Assembly (NCBI RefSeq): GCF_018977255.1
Contig: NW_024704742.1
Coordinates: forward strand, 68,698,001-68,762,000
Direction: 5' to 3'
DNA from: Callorhinchus milii
Taxonomy: Eukaryota
DNA: 64,000 bases
How positions within the stretch are numbered: the first letter of the stretch is position 1; every line of letters starts with the position of its first letter. This document shows positions 36,323 to 49,625 of the stretch, piece after piece. The notes under the pieces were generated by a model that saw only the letters and a list, made by a program, of their open reading frames with translations, did not search any database and had not been told where the DNA came from. A program made the translations under genes and the position numbers.

Positions 36323-39069
36323 AGTTGTTTGTCGATTGGCGGATCGCTTTGTGGGGATAATAATCCCTCAAACAAAAATTGGTTCCTGTTTGTCAGATAT
36401 TGCTGCGGGCAATTGACTGCCACATTTCTTTGAACAAAATACAGAGTCAATCCACTTTACAATGTATTCTGTGAAGCGCTTTGAGACGTCTCAACGATGT
36501 GATGAGGTACTATATCAAATGCAAGGATTATTTATTATTTTGGGTGGGGTAGTGGGCTTGTTTGAACATCTTGCTCTGATATCTGATGCAGGCTTGATGA
36601 GCTGAAAGGCATCCTTCTGTTTTGTACGTTTCTATGATCCTAAACTTTAGAGAGTAAAAGTTTGCTTCAGACTCCATACTTGCTATATAGATATTCTGTT
36701 TCTCCCACATGAACTCTTAATGACCTTCATTTGTCGAAATACTGCACCAAAACAGCAGAGCATGCATGATAAAGTGAGGCATTGAGGGGGAAGTCTGCAA
36801 ACCTCATGTCTATTCATGTCTTGTAGATGAGAACCCATCAGGAAAAGAATAGCAGCATGTGTATGCCAATTAATTTCTGGTTTACGGCTAGTTTTATGGT
36901 TCAGTACAATATCCGAGATCAAGTGTTTTCGCTGAAGGCTTTGCTAATTTATTGGCAAGTTAGAAGACAATAAGATAGAGGCAGCTGTGTATTAAAACCT
37001 TTCTGCATTAGTGGGAGTTATAAAAATACTTGCATTTGATATAGCTCCTCTGGTTGTGGGTTCAAGCCCCACAGCGGGACTTTAAATTCACAGCCAAGAT
37101 TGACGCACCAGTGCATTGCGTCCTTCGGATGAGACTTTAAACCGAGGCTCCATCAGGAAGATGTTACTAATCGCATGACACTATTTGAAAAGAGAAGGGC
37201 GTTTCTCCCAGTGTCAATCCAACATGTAAAATTGACCATTCACATCAAGGCTATTGATGGCGCATTACTGCACAAAATTGACATGATAAGGTGCTATATC
37301 AAATGCAAAGATTATTATTGTTACGTCATCGAGGCATTCCAAAAAACTTCACAGGAATTACTGTCAAGTGCAGTTACTATGCATTTGCAGGCAAACAAAG
37401 CAGCTATTTTGCATGTAGCCAATGTCCCAAAGCAACCATGAAGTGAATGATCAGTTTTATCTGCCGGATTGTTGGCCAGGGAGAGAAATTCCCTTCTCTT
37501 CTCAGTGTTTGTGGTCAGCCCAGCCCTTATCAAAAAATAGCTAATTATAGACAGGATTCAATAACACTTTAATACTAACATAATAATCACATGAGAGAAT
37601 CATATAGAATTGTTCCAATGTATAATTAAAGTGGAAGTAGAACACTCAGCTAAATAGGGCAGTGGGGAAAGAGTCCATTGTGGCTTTCAAAAAGGAAATA
37701 ATAATAATCTTTGCATTTGATATAGCGCCTTATCACATTGTTGAAACATCTCAACATACTTCACAGAGTATATTGTAAAATGAATTTGACTGGATTTTGT
37801 GGGCAAAACGTAGCAACCAATTGCCCCCAAACAGTCTTGGATTGAGCGAACAATTAAACTTAACAATTTTTGGAGGGATTGTTACATCCAGAAAGTGATC
37901 AGTATACAGGTATTTGAAAGAAAGGGCTTGAAGGAGTATGGTAATAAAATGTGGCAATGGGATTGAATTGATCTCCTTCCTCTGGGAGCCAGTGCAAACT
38001 CTCTGGACTGAATGGCCTCCTTCTGCGCTGTAGATTTCTATGCTTCTATGCTCTAATCCAAATGGAGGGTTGTGAGAGGCACTGCTCAGCCTCTCACACC
38101 CCTCCATTTTGTTGCCACATAGCGATCTAGATTCCTCATGTATTTGCTGACACAATCACAATAAGAAGGGTTCATACAAGTTACACATGCGATAGCAGTT
38201 ATAAGATTTGATGTCTCATTTATTGCCATTCAAAGATTGATTTGATTTGAAACTCCCTTGCAAAATTCTGATTTGGCCTTCATAGAGTAAGCTCATACAT
38301 GCCAGCATTGTAAAGGTTAATGCTAGATTTGCAAAAACCTGCATAAATGAACAATAAACTGATAGCATTATGATTATCAACGTGTTCTTCGCAGTCACTG
38401 CAATGTTCCAACTAGCTTAAAAATGTACTCTGTCTCGGTGCTGTATTATGAAAGGCCCATTGTGACAGGCAGCCTACATTAGCATTAACAATCCCCATAA
38501 AAATTCGATGAATGGGCCAAGTTGTCATAAGTTGCAGTGAAATAATAGGAAACGAAAATAGCTCACGTTGCATTTGGCACTCATTCATCCTGTTTACAGT
38601 CTGGATATTATAAGTAAAGTAATGAGTTTCCTCCCACTCTTTCCTGCCAACCCCCACCCCCCCCCCCCGCCCCAAACTCTTGCGTGATGGGCAGCTCACT
38701 GAGACAATGTCAATCCATTGAAAATCTTCACTAAATTGTCAGCGCAGCAGAATAGTAGCAGAACAAGATAACATTCATGAACTTGTCCCGGTTGTTAAAT
38801 TTCTTCCTATTGCTTGCTAACAAAGTGTTCCAGAAACTGTGACAGATAACTCCTGACTTTTAACTCTCCCCAGTTAGTGACAGTCAGGTTTTTGTTCATT
38901 TTTTAACCTGATGATTAAGTTTGTAGTCGACAGGGTTTGTGTGTGAACAAAAAAATGACTTTCCACGTAACAAATCATTGTGTAAATATCTTGTATTTGA
39001 TATACAGTTCAGCCCCTTTATAACATATTTCTTTACACTGTTGACAGGGGCAACTAAATTGGCATATTT

Positions 39070-39244
39070 TCAGGTCATTCGGCTGTTGATGTCACTTCCT
39101 GCAGTGCACATTGCGTGAAGTCGATGAAGACCTGACGGCCCGGAAAGTCGGCCATTTTAGCTTTCTGTGTGTTAAAAATGGCTGACTTCCAGGTTATTAG
39201 ATCGCATGTGCGGTACACAGGAAGTGACGCTAGCGATGACCTGA
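39070..39244. repeat. ~175-bp imperfect palindrome (MITE-like fold-back)
   Basis: Paired arms TCAGGTCAT/ATGACCTGA, GTCACTTCCTG/CAGGAAGTGAC, GCACATTGCG/CGCATGTGC, AAGTCGGCCATTTT/AAAATGGCTGACTT. Confidence 0.85.
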
Positions 39245-41423
39245 TAACCCCTTTTTTTTGGACTGGAACCATCAGGCTCACATGGAGTGATTTGGTTGGC
39301 TGCATACATGCACAACAACACCAACTATCATGTCCTTATTATAGCATGGGTTGGGATTTTATTTATGCCAATCACAGTGTTATAACGAGGCTTACTCCAG
39401 CACTGGAATGTTTCAAAGTGTTTCAAGAGAGTTTTCTGTGAAGTTCAGTGACTGTGTATGTGTAGGTAAACCCAGCAGCTAATTTGTAGCTGAATACGGC
39501 AGCCAATTTCCACACAGCAATGTCCCACAAGCAGCCAAGAAGTGAATAATCTTTTTTTTCTCTCTGGAGAAGCTGGCCGGGAGAAGCTCCCTTCTCTTTT
39601 AATAACAAGGGATCTTTAACGTTCACTTGAACAGCCAGATGGAACTTTGGTTTAACCAGAGGACAACACCTCTGACGATGCATCTAGAATTACATATATC
39701 TCTACCATCGGTGGCCATGCTTTCAACCACTACTCCACAGAACGCTGGAAAACCCTTTCTCTATCCCTATAAATGTTGTTCTTGTTGTTCCCCCTGGACT
39801 GGACTGTCAGCCTGTACTGTGAGCTCAGAGCCTCATGGTGGTTACAGGAACCTACGCCTTCTGACTCAGAAGCAGGAATGTTACCAAGTGAGCATAGATG
39901 AAGAAAATGCTTTATGCTTTTTGTGGGTCAAATTCTAAAGAGGCAGAAATAATGACTTTACAACCTTGGGGATGAAAAAAAAATTCAGAGTCAGTTTTGA
40001 GTCAATCAAAAGCCCTCCACCATCATCAGTAATGGGACTACATCAACAGAAAGTCAATGTACTTAGTATTGAGAAATCTAGTGGTTAATACATAACATGA
40101 CAAAAGTCATTGGTCAGTGTATTTTGAGAATACAGGAGCAGGAGTCTCATCAGCTATTAAATCCATTACCACTCTCTTGGATTCCATTTTCCTGCATTTA
40201 TAATGATAATAATAATAATCCTTGCATTTGATATAGCACCTTATCACTTCATTGAGATGTTTCAAAGCACTTCACAGAATGTACTGTAAAGTGGATTGAC
40301 TGTATATTTTGTGGACTAATTGCACACTGCAGTGTCTTACAAACAGTCGAGAATTGAGTGACCAAATTAGTATTTTTTTAAAGGATTATTACCCCCAGAA
40401 AATGATCTGCCAATGGACTAATAACCAGGTACTAATTACCTATTTACTGCTAGGTAAACAGAGGTTTGTGGAATAAGGAAACTTACCTAAGGTTTTTCTC
40501 TGGTTGGGAATTGAACTCGGGTCTCTCACTTGCGAGGCGAGTCCTCTAACCAATATGCTACTGGACTCCCATTTGTTTTTAAAAATGCTGCTCAATAATC
40601 ACAAAGGAGGTTTGGATATAGCTAATACAGTTTTGGCCCATCTGATCTCATGCTTACACAATACCCAACCTACTGTCCTCACGTTATAGCTTCACGCTGT
40701 TTGTTAAATGAGTCCAGTGTCCTGGCCTCAGCTACCCTCCTCGTAATCCTGTTCAAGCCATTGATATGTGTGCAATGTAGTTCCTGGTGTCTGACTAAAG
40801 CTTGCCCTTCACATCCCTGAACTTACCATAGAACCATAAAAATTGACAGCACAGGAAAAGGCCGTTCAGCCTATTGTGACTTGTGCCCTCTCGCCTTGCT
40901 CCTCTTAATACGTCTAGAACTACATAAAGTGGTACAACACAGAAACAGGCCATTCAGCTAAACTAGTCCCTACCGGTGTTTATACTTCACATGAGCTTCC
41001 ACTCCTCCTAATTGCTTCTCCAAGATGCTAACCCATGTGAAGGGTGCCATATAAATGCAAGTTGTCTTTGTTTTCTCTTTTCCCTGAATAGCCATCAGCC
41101 TGGCACAGTTGGTAGCACTCTCACCTCTGAGTCAGGATGTTGTGGATTCAAGCCCCACATCAGGACTTTTACCTCACAGTTCAGGCTGACATCCAGTGCA
41201 GTGCTGGGGTTGTACTGATTTGTTCGGGGGTGCTGTCCTTCAGATGAAATATTAAACTGAGGACCAGTCTTTATGTTTTGGTGGTTAAAGATCCCATTAC
41301 ACTATTTGAAAATAGAAATGAGTTTCTCCTGGTGTCCTGAGCAGCAATTCTCCAGATAAATTGGTCACTCACTGGCTGTTTGTGGGACATTGCTATACCT
41401 TCAGGTAAGGATATCAAGGGATA

Positions 41424-43470
41424 TCATAGAATCATAGAATTATATAGCACAGAAAGAAGCCATGCGGCCCATCGTGTCTGTGTCTGCTCTTTGAAAAGAG
41501 CTATTCAAATCAATCCCACTCCCCCACTCTCTCCCATAGCCCTGCAAACTTGTCCTCCCCCAAATAATGATCTACTTCTCTCTTAAAAGTTGTTATTGAA
41601 TCAGCTTCCACCACCCTTTCAGGCAATACATCTGAACAACTTGCTGTGTGAAAAGATTTCACCTCACCTCCCCTCTGTTTCTTTTAACAACTATTTTAAA
41701 TCAGTGTCCTCGGGTTACTGACCCACCCGCCAGTGGAAATGGTTTCTCCTTGTTCACCCTATCGAATCCCCTCATAATTTTGAAAACTTCTATTAAGTCT
41801 CCTCTTAACCTTCTCTGCTCCAAGGAGAATAATCCCAGCTTTTCTAACCTATCCTGATAACTGAAGTCCCACATTCCTGGTAAATCTCCTTTGCACCCTC
41901 TCCAATACCCTGACATCCTTCCTAAAGTGTGGGGCCCATAACTGAACACATTCTCTCGCTGAGGTCTAACCAGTGTTTTATAAAGGTTCATCATAACTTC
42001 CTGACTTTTGTATTCTAGGCCCCTAGTTTGAAAGCCTAGTATACCACATACTTTTTTAACAGCTTTATCTACTTGTCCTGCCACCTTCAAAGATTTGCTG
42101 ATATGAACCCCCAGGTCTCTCTGTTCCTTCACCCCCTTTAAGATTGTACCATCAGCTTATATTGCCTCTCCTCATTCTTCCTCCCAAAATACCATCACTT
42201 CACATTTCTCCACATTAAACTTCATCTGCCACGTGTCTGCCCATTTTACCAGTCTGTCTATGTCCATTTGCAGTCTGCTACTATCCTCCTCACTGTTTAT
42301 TATTTTTTCCTAGCTTAGTATCATCTGCAAACTTGGAAATTGTACTCCCTATACCCAAGTCTAGGTCGTTTATATAGATCGAAAACAGCAGTGGTCCCAA
42401 TACTGATCCCTGGGGGACACCACTGCACACTTCCCTCCAGTCAGAAAAACAACCATTCACCTGCTCTCTCTGCTTTCTGTGTCCCAGCCAGTTCTGTATT
42501 CATGCTGCCACTGCCCTTTAATACCATGGGCTTCTATTTTGCTTACAAGTCTCTTATTTGGCACTTTATCAAATGTCTTTTAAAAATCCATATATTCTAC
42601 ATCAGCTACACCACCTTCATTCACCCTCTCCGTTACTTCATCAAAAAGCTTTATCAGGTTTTTTAGACATGATTTGCCTTTAACAAATCTATGTTGGCTG
42701 TCCTTTATTAACCAATATATTTCTAAGTGAAAATTTATTTTGACCCACATTATAATCTCTAGAAGTTTTCCCACTACCGACGTTAGGCTGACTGGCCTGT
42801 AGTTCCTGGGTTTATCCTTCTGCCCCTTTTTGTATAGGTGAGTAACATTTGCAACCCTCCTGGCACCACCCCAGTGTGCAAGGAGGATTGAAAGATTGTG
42901 GCTAGAGCCTCCATTATTTCCACCCTTACTTGCCTTCAGTAACCTAGGATGCATCCTGTCCAGACCGGGTGACTTATCTGCCTTGAACACCAACAACCGT
43001 TTTAGTACCTCCTCTCGATTTATTCTTATCCAATTTCTCTACCCTCTCCTCCGATACTGTGGCATTGGCAGCATCCTCTTCTTTTGTGAAGACAGATGCA
43101 AAGTACTCATTCAGTACGTCAGCCTCCACAAGAAGATTTCCTCTTTGGTCCCTAATTGGCCCACCCTAGCTTTGACTAAACTTTTATTCTTTATATGCTT
43201 ATGAAATACCTTAGGGTTCCCTTTTATGTTACCTGCTAATCTTTTCTCATACAGTCTCTTTATTTCTCTTATTTCCTTTTTCAGTTCTCCTCTGTACTTT
43301 CTATAATCTATTTGATTACCTTCTGTATTTTGGACTTGACATTTATCATAAGCCTCCTTTTTCTGTTTTATTTTAATCCCAATTTCCTAATTCATCCAGG
43401 GAAGTTTGGATGCCCTACCTTTTCGCTTTGTGGGAATGTATTTGTTCTGTCCCCGAACTATCTCCTCCTT
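41424..43470 (-). mobile_element. 5'-truncated CR1 LINE (~2 kb, decayed RT)
   Basis: DKSPGLDRMHPRLLK, NYRPVSLTSVVGKLLE, LFSLEQRRLRGDLIEVFKIM; terminal (CATAGAAT)2. Confidence 0.93.
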
Positions 43471-43561
43471 CCCATCGTTCATTAGCTGTTATGGGGCTAA
43501 GGGGCAAAGGTGGATATTTGGAGTTGAGGTACAGATCAGCCATGATCGAATAGAATGGCGG

Positions 43562-44277
43562 AACAACAACAACAACAACTTGGATTTATAGAGCACCCTC
43601 AACGCCGGACGGCATTTCAGAGCGCTTCACAGTAACGGATGCCGGGGCCGAACCAGGAGGAGGGGGAAGAAGGTGACCAAAGGCGAGGTCGAGAAGAAAG
43701 GCCTTCAGCCGAGACCTGAAAATAGGAAGAGAGGGGGCGAGGCGAAGGGAGTGAGGAAAAGAGTTCCAGAGCTTCGGGGCGTAGTGGCTGAAGGCACGGC
43801 CGCCGATGGTGGAGTGAAGGATTTGGGGGACAAGGAGGAGGCCAGACCCGGTGGAGCGAAGGCAAAGGGCACTGTTGTGAGGAGAGAGGAGGTCAGAGAG
43901 GTAGGGGCTTGCAGAGGAGTGGAGGGATTTAAAGACAATAGTGAGGATCTTGAAGTCGATCCTCTCTGGGACAGGCAGCCAGTGCAGTCTGGCGAGGACT
44001 GGGGTAATCGGGGAGCGGATTTTGGTGCGGGTAAGAATACGGAGGGCAGAGTTCTGGATGACCTGGATTTTATGAATGGTAGTGGAGGGGAGACCGGCGA
44101 GGAGAGCATTTGAATAGTCCAGCCGAGAGGTGACAAAGGCATAGACCAGGGTTTCGGCAGCTTTTGGAGTGAGGTATTGGCAGAGACGGGCGATGTGTCG
44201 GAGGTGGAAGAAAGCGGTGCTGGTGAGGAACCGGATGTGGGGGAGGAAGGTTAATTGGGGGTCGAACCTAACGCCTA
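43562..44277 (-). mobile_element. L2 LINE 3' part (second tail type) nested in a CR1 3'UTR
   Basis: Similar to 57155-57880; host GAATGGCGGAACA|GCTCGAGGGGCTGAATG is split by the insertion. Confidence 0.88.
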
Positions 44278-46077
44278 CGCTCGAGGGGCTGAATGATCTA
44301 CTCCTGTTCCTATGTTCTTATGACCAAATTGGTTGCTGTTTCTGCCTACAAAATACACAGTGACTGCACTTTGCAGTAAATCCTATGAAGCTCTCCGAGA
44401 TGTTCTCCCGACGTGAAAGGCGCTGTGTCAAATCCGCGGATTATTTTCATGTTACAGTATTTCAGATATCTGAAAATATTGAACCAGCCTAGAACCAGTG
44501 CATTGATTGGCACGATCACTAATCCAAAGAAATCCCCCAAACCAGACTGTTGCTCTTTCTTTCTCCCCACCAAAAAAAAAACAGCTTGGATTTGCTACTA
44601 CAGAGTGCAGCTGTTCGCTGGCTGCCTCGCATTGTTGTATGGACTACCTAATCCTTGCCTGAGTACAATGTGAGTCAGTGTCAGTCAGTATGGGCAATGA
44701 TGTGCTGTTGAATAAAATTCTACATCTCGACCTGCAGCTCTGAGTCAGAATCCAACTCCTTTGTTAGTCTAGTGCAATCAGTTGTTGAGAATCTTTGCGA
44801 CTGGAAAATTGACCTGGAGCGAAATGAATGAGCACGAAATGACAGAGCATGCTGAGGCTCGGGCTATTTTTCCTGAGCTCATGTCTTTTTACAGCTGGCT
44901 TTTGTAAGATGCCCAACCGGTGAGAAATGTGGTCACAGTATGGAGTTTTATGCTCTGTTGATGAATAAGGGCTGCACTCAGCGCCTGCAATAGAGACTGA
45001 AATTACATCGGTGAATGAACTGCTTGTCAGTGGGGAGCCTCCTGGTCGTGCTTCACTATCGCACTCGTGACCTTTCCATCGCACGCGCTGTGGATTCATA
45101 AAACATCCCACTTACAGCCTTTCTTGTATGTCCTCTTGTACAACAATGACGTGCAGCTCATACCATCAGAATCAATACTATTCAGCATCTTCTATCACAG
45201 TCAGGGAGAAAAACATCAAGTGTCTGCCCATTGCCTCACCATTTATCTTCTGTCCTTTTCTTTAGTGGCTTTTTAATAATAATAATCCTTGCATTTGATA
45301 TAGCACCTTATCACACTGTTGACATGTCTCAGAGTGCTTCACAGAATAAACTGTAAAATGAATGGACTGTATATTTTTGGGGCGAAACATGAAAGCCAGC
45401 TGCACACAACACCATCCCACAAACAGTCATGGATTCAGTGACTAAATTACTATTATTATTTTTTTATAAGCGATTTTTATCCCTGGAATGCAATCCGCCA
45501 ATCGACTAACTACTGGGTTCTTACTAGGTAAACAGAGGCCTGTGGAGTAAGAAAACTAGCCAAAGGTTTCGACCCACTTGGGAATCAAACCTGGGTCCTC
45601 TCACTTGCGAGGCGCATGCTCTGAGCAATACACTACAGGACTTCCTGGTACTCACTATTGCCAGCCAACTTAATGTAGCCGACTGACTGAATGCATTGTA
45701 CCTTGCATGGGAAGCTTTCCCATCTTGCATGGGAAGCTTTACCGAATTCCTGTTTTACTGGATCCCGAGGTTTGATTAGTTGCGATGCTTTTTGTTTGTA
45801 GCGTAGCCCGTACTGGTCTGCTTCCCAGACTGCTGCCCGAGCGATCAATGGCTGCAGATTGTGGAGAAGTGAGGCCTCCATAGTTAGCTGGAATGTGCTA
45901 AGGGCAGCCTGCCTCCTGCACTGTGGGGCAGTTGCTAAGATGAAAGGCAGGTTTGGAGCCAGAGTTGCCATAGGTTCCATCTCAGATAATTTTTAATATC
46001 TCCATTAATATGTTTGGGCACGCCACGCAAGCTAAGTTTGTACATTCTCCACCCAATCTTGTACCTAGCAGGAAGTA

Positions 46078-46258
46078 GGAGTGGGATTGATTTGAATAGC
46101 TCTTTTCAAAGAGCAGACACAGACACGATGGGCCGCATGGCTTCTTTCTGTGCTATATAATTCTATGATATCCCTTGATATCCTTACCAGAAGATATAGC
46201 AATGTCCCACAAACAGCCAGTGAGTGACCAATGTTATCTGGAGAATTGCTGCTCAGGA
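46078..46258 (-). repeat. Inverted copy of 41335-41522 inserted in a SINE fragment
   Basis: Reverse complement differs by 2 substitutions, one 1-bp indel and one 8-bp unit; CAGGAAGTAGGA occurs at both junctions. Confidence 0.92.
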
Positions 46259-47224
46259 AGTAGGAATCTGGTTGTTAGTCAATTGGCGGATCACTTACTG
46301 GGGGTAATAATCCCTTCCAAAAAAAATAATAATTATTTGGTCAATCAATCCATGACTGTTTGTGGGACAGCAATGGACTGCATGTTTTGCCTACAAATTC
46401 ACTTTACAGTGTATCCTGTGAAGGTCTTTGAGGTGTCTAAACAGCATGATAAGATGCTATATCAAATGCAAAGATTATTATTTTTATTATACTTGTCTAA
46501 CCTGTATAATAATGCATGATGTGAATGAAGCATGTGACACGCATGAAGTGTATTAAAAGTGAAATTAAGACCGCGCAGAAATGTGCAAAAATTCTTGCAA
46601 TCGGTCATATTTACAAAGCAGAAAACTAGACTCCAAATTAAGAATTGGTGTAAGGATTACTCACAACTCTGCCAAGCTTAAATTTTGAGACATAATTGTC
46701 TCACGGACTAAGTCTAGGAGGAATTGTTCGCCCAATGATTTGCCTTGCAGGCCTAAGGCTGAGACCACCAATGAAATAATGTTTTACTGTTAAAGCCACA
46801 CACAGTGTAAATCCAGAGCAAGGGAATTGATCCAGTCTCCATTCAAAAGTACAACACCCCGAGGCAGTTCTGTAATTGGGTAAAAATTCCGCCAGGATCT
46901 AGAATTATGCTGTTAACTTTAGCATTTCAGAGCGTGTGGAATTTGACAAATTGTTGGATTCAGTTTTAAGCCTGAAGACCATTCTCTTCGACCGTGCTTA
47001 CGGTCACCTCCCAACTCCCCCGCAAGGAGAAGTGCTCAGCCACTGTCAAGCGCTCTGGGACGCTACCCTGCATGAGGGGCGCTGTACAATTGTAAGTTGT
47101 TCTTGTTCAATTTGAAACCCATTTTGTTTTCTGCCATTCTTAAAAGAAACTACAGAAAAATGCCTTGAAAATGAAAGGCTGTGTTTAAGAATTTGGCAAA
47201 TTTTGGACACTTTGTGTTAGTAGA

Positions 47225-47870
47225 GTAAATCAAGACCTGAGTGGAATTTTTAGGGTTACGTGGATGATACCAGGGCTGGCAGGTTACTGCTATCAGGATA
47301 GACTCGATAGGTTGGACCTTTTTTCACTAGAGAAGAGATGTTTAAGGGAAGGATCTAACAGAAGTGTTGAAGGTTAACATGAATAGGCTGTTTCCACTGG
47401 TTGGGGAGTCCAGAACCAGGGGACACAACAACAACAACAGGATTCCATTTATAGAGCGCCTTTCACGTTAGGAGGACGTCCCAAGGCGCTGTACAGTTGG
47501 GTCAGGACCCGAGCAGGGGGGAAATGGTCAGGGTGAGGGGAGGGAAGGGAGGGAGCGAGGAGGGGGTAGAGAGTCGAGAGTGGAGCCGAAGGCTCGGTCA
47601 AAGATAAATATAAGATAGTGGCTAGGGTAACAAAAAGAGAAATTAGGAGGAACTACTTCACCCAGATGGTGGTGAGATTGTGGAACTTGCTGCCTGAAGC
47701 TTTGGTTGAATCAGATAGTGTAGATGTATTCAGAAGCAAGCTAGACCTTCACCTGAGGGAGAGAAAAATAGAAGGATATGGGAGGGTGTGAGGAGTGAGT
47801 GAAGACGTGTGTGGAATATAAACAGTGGCATGGATTGGTTGGGTCGAACGGCCTGTTTCTGTGCTGTACA
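47225..47870 (+). mobile_element. CR1 3' fragment interrupted by a young L2 tail (47426-47603, minus strand)
   Basis: LFSLEKR-like region and 3'UTR; (CAA)n-led L2 tail inserted after GGACACAA. Confidence 0.8.
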
Positions 47871-49625
47871 TTAAAATAATAATAATCCTTGAATTTGATA
47901 TAATGCTTTATCAGTTCAAGACATCTCAAACTACTGCACAGGATATACTGTAAACTGGATTGACTGTATTGTGTGGGCCAAATGCGACAGCAAGTTTGTG
48001 CACAGAAATGGCTCACAAACAGCCATGAAGTGAGTGACCAATTTTATTGGGGGATTGTTGGCCAGGATACCAGGAGAGAAACTCTCTTCTCTTTTCAACA
48101 ACTGCCATGGGATCTCTAATGTCCAACTGAACAGGCAGACAGGACCTTGGTTTAACATCTTATCCAAAATACTGCATCTCTGACAATGCAGATTCCCCTC
48201 ACTACTGCATTGAAGTGTCAGAATAAGCTATGTGGATTCTGGCCTCACAACCACTGGGAGGTGAATAACCCAATTTATTTGCAGTGCTGTATTATTTGGG
48301 GGGCAGGACATCAGAAGAAACTTTCTTCTGCAATAGTGTCATAGGATCTTTAATATTCACTTCAACAGTTAGATGGAAAGTCACTTTAACATACCATCCA
48401 GAGGATAGAACCTTGAAAGCCTGTGAAAGCACTCCACCACGCTCCCCCATCAGTACGATACTGGAGTATCAGCTTAGACATAATAATAATCTTTGCATTT
48501 GATACAGCGCATTATCACATCCTGAAAATGTCTCAAAGCGCTTCACAGAATATACTGTAAAGTGAATTGATTATATTTTTGTGGGCGAAAAGCGGCAGCC
48601 AATTGCGCACAGCAGTATCCCACAAAGAGTTGTGGATTAAAGTGACCAATTTATTATTTTTTTTGAAGGAATTATTACCCCCAAAAAAGCGATCCACCAA
48701 TCGACTAACAACTGGGTGAATATGTACTGCTAGGTAAACAGAGGCGTGTCCAGTAAGGAAACTTTCCCAGCATTTCGCTCTGCCTGGGATCGAACCCAGG
48801 ACTCTTGCTTTGCAATGCGAATGCTCCAACCACTAAGCTACAGGACTTCACAGGAATTACATGGGAATTAATTCCTCAGCTATCCTGCTCAGAGGTGAGG
48901 TGCTTACCAACTGAGTCAAGTCGAGCCCTAGGTGAAGACAATATGACATTTACAACATTTGAAACTCACACATGTGTTGAAGATTTGCTGGTAATATTAA
49001 TAATTCTTGTATGTGAATCCATGACACCATCTACCTATTAAGGAACCCATGGCACAACTCCAAAAGTGAAGTCGTTTACCCTGGTGTCCTGGCCAACAAT
49101 GCCACAGATAAAATTGCTCACACATCTCATTAGCTCTTGTGGGATGTTGCCGTGTGTGAATTGGCTGCTACTTTTCCCTACAAAATTCACAGTCACTACA
49201 CCTTGCAGTAAAAATCTTGTGAAGCACTTTGAGACATTCTGATGTGAAAGGCACTGAATCAAAATGCAGGGTTGATTTATATTTAAAAATTCCCACAATT
49301 CTGCGCGATTTAAAATTTTAAGGTAAATGTTTTCACAGGCTAAAAAGGAGTGGAATTTCAGGCACCCGATTATGAAAAGAAAATAATCGTTTGAACTAAT
49401 AAGGGGAGAAAGTGACAGAAGAGTATATGGCAAAAATAAAGATCGATTTAAAGATGGCCAAGGCAGCAAACTGCGCAGTGGGTTTGGCAAGACATTAAGT
49501 GAGCAGCGAAAAGGTAACTTCTTTCTTCACGGGAATCAGTTCTGAGCTGACAGAATTTTCAGTTTGATCGAGTCCAATGCTGCAAGGCAGCAGCCCATCG
49601 AATCTTATACGTTGGCATCGTAATG

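Noticed and set aside
45702..45740. 17-bp direct repeat around the imperfect palindrome ATGGGAAGCTTTCCCAT
   Set aside because: Single small slippage or repair scar with no further support.
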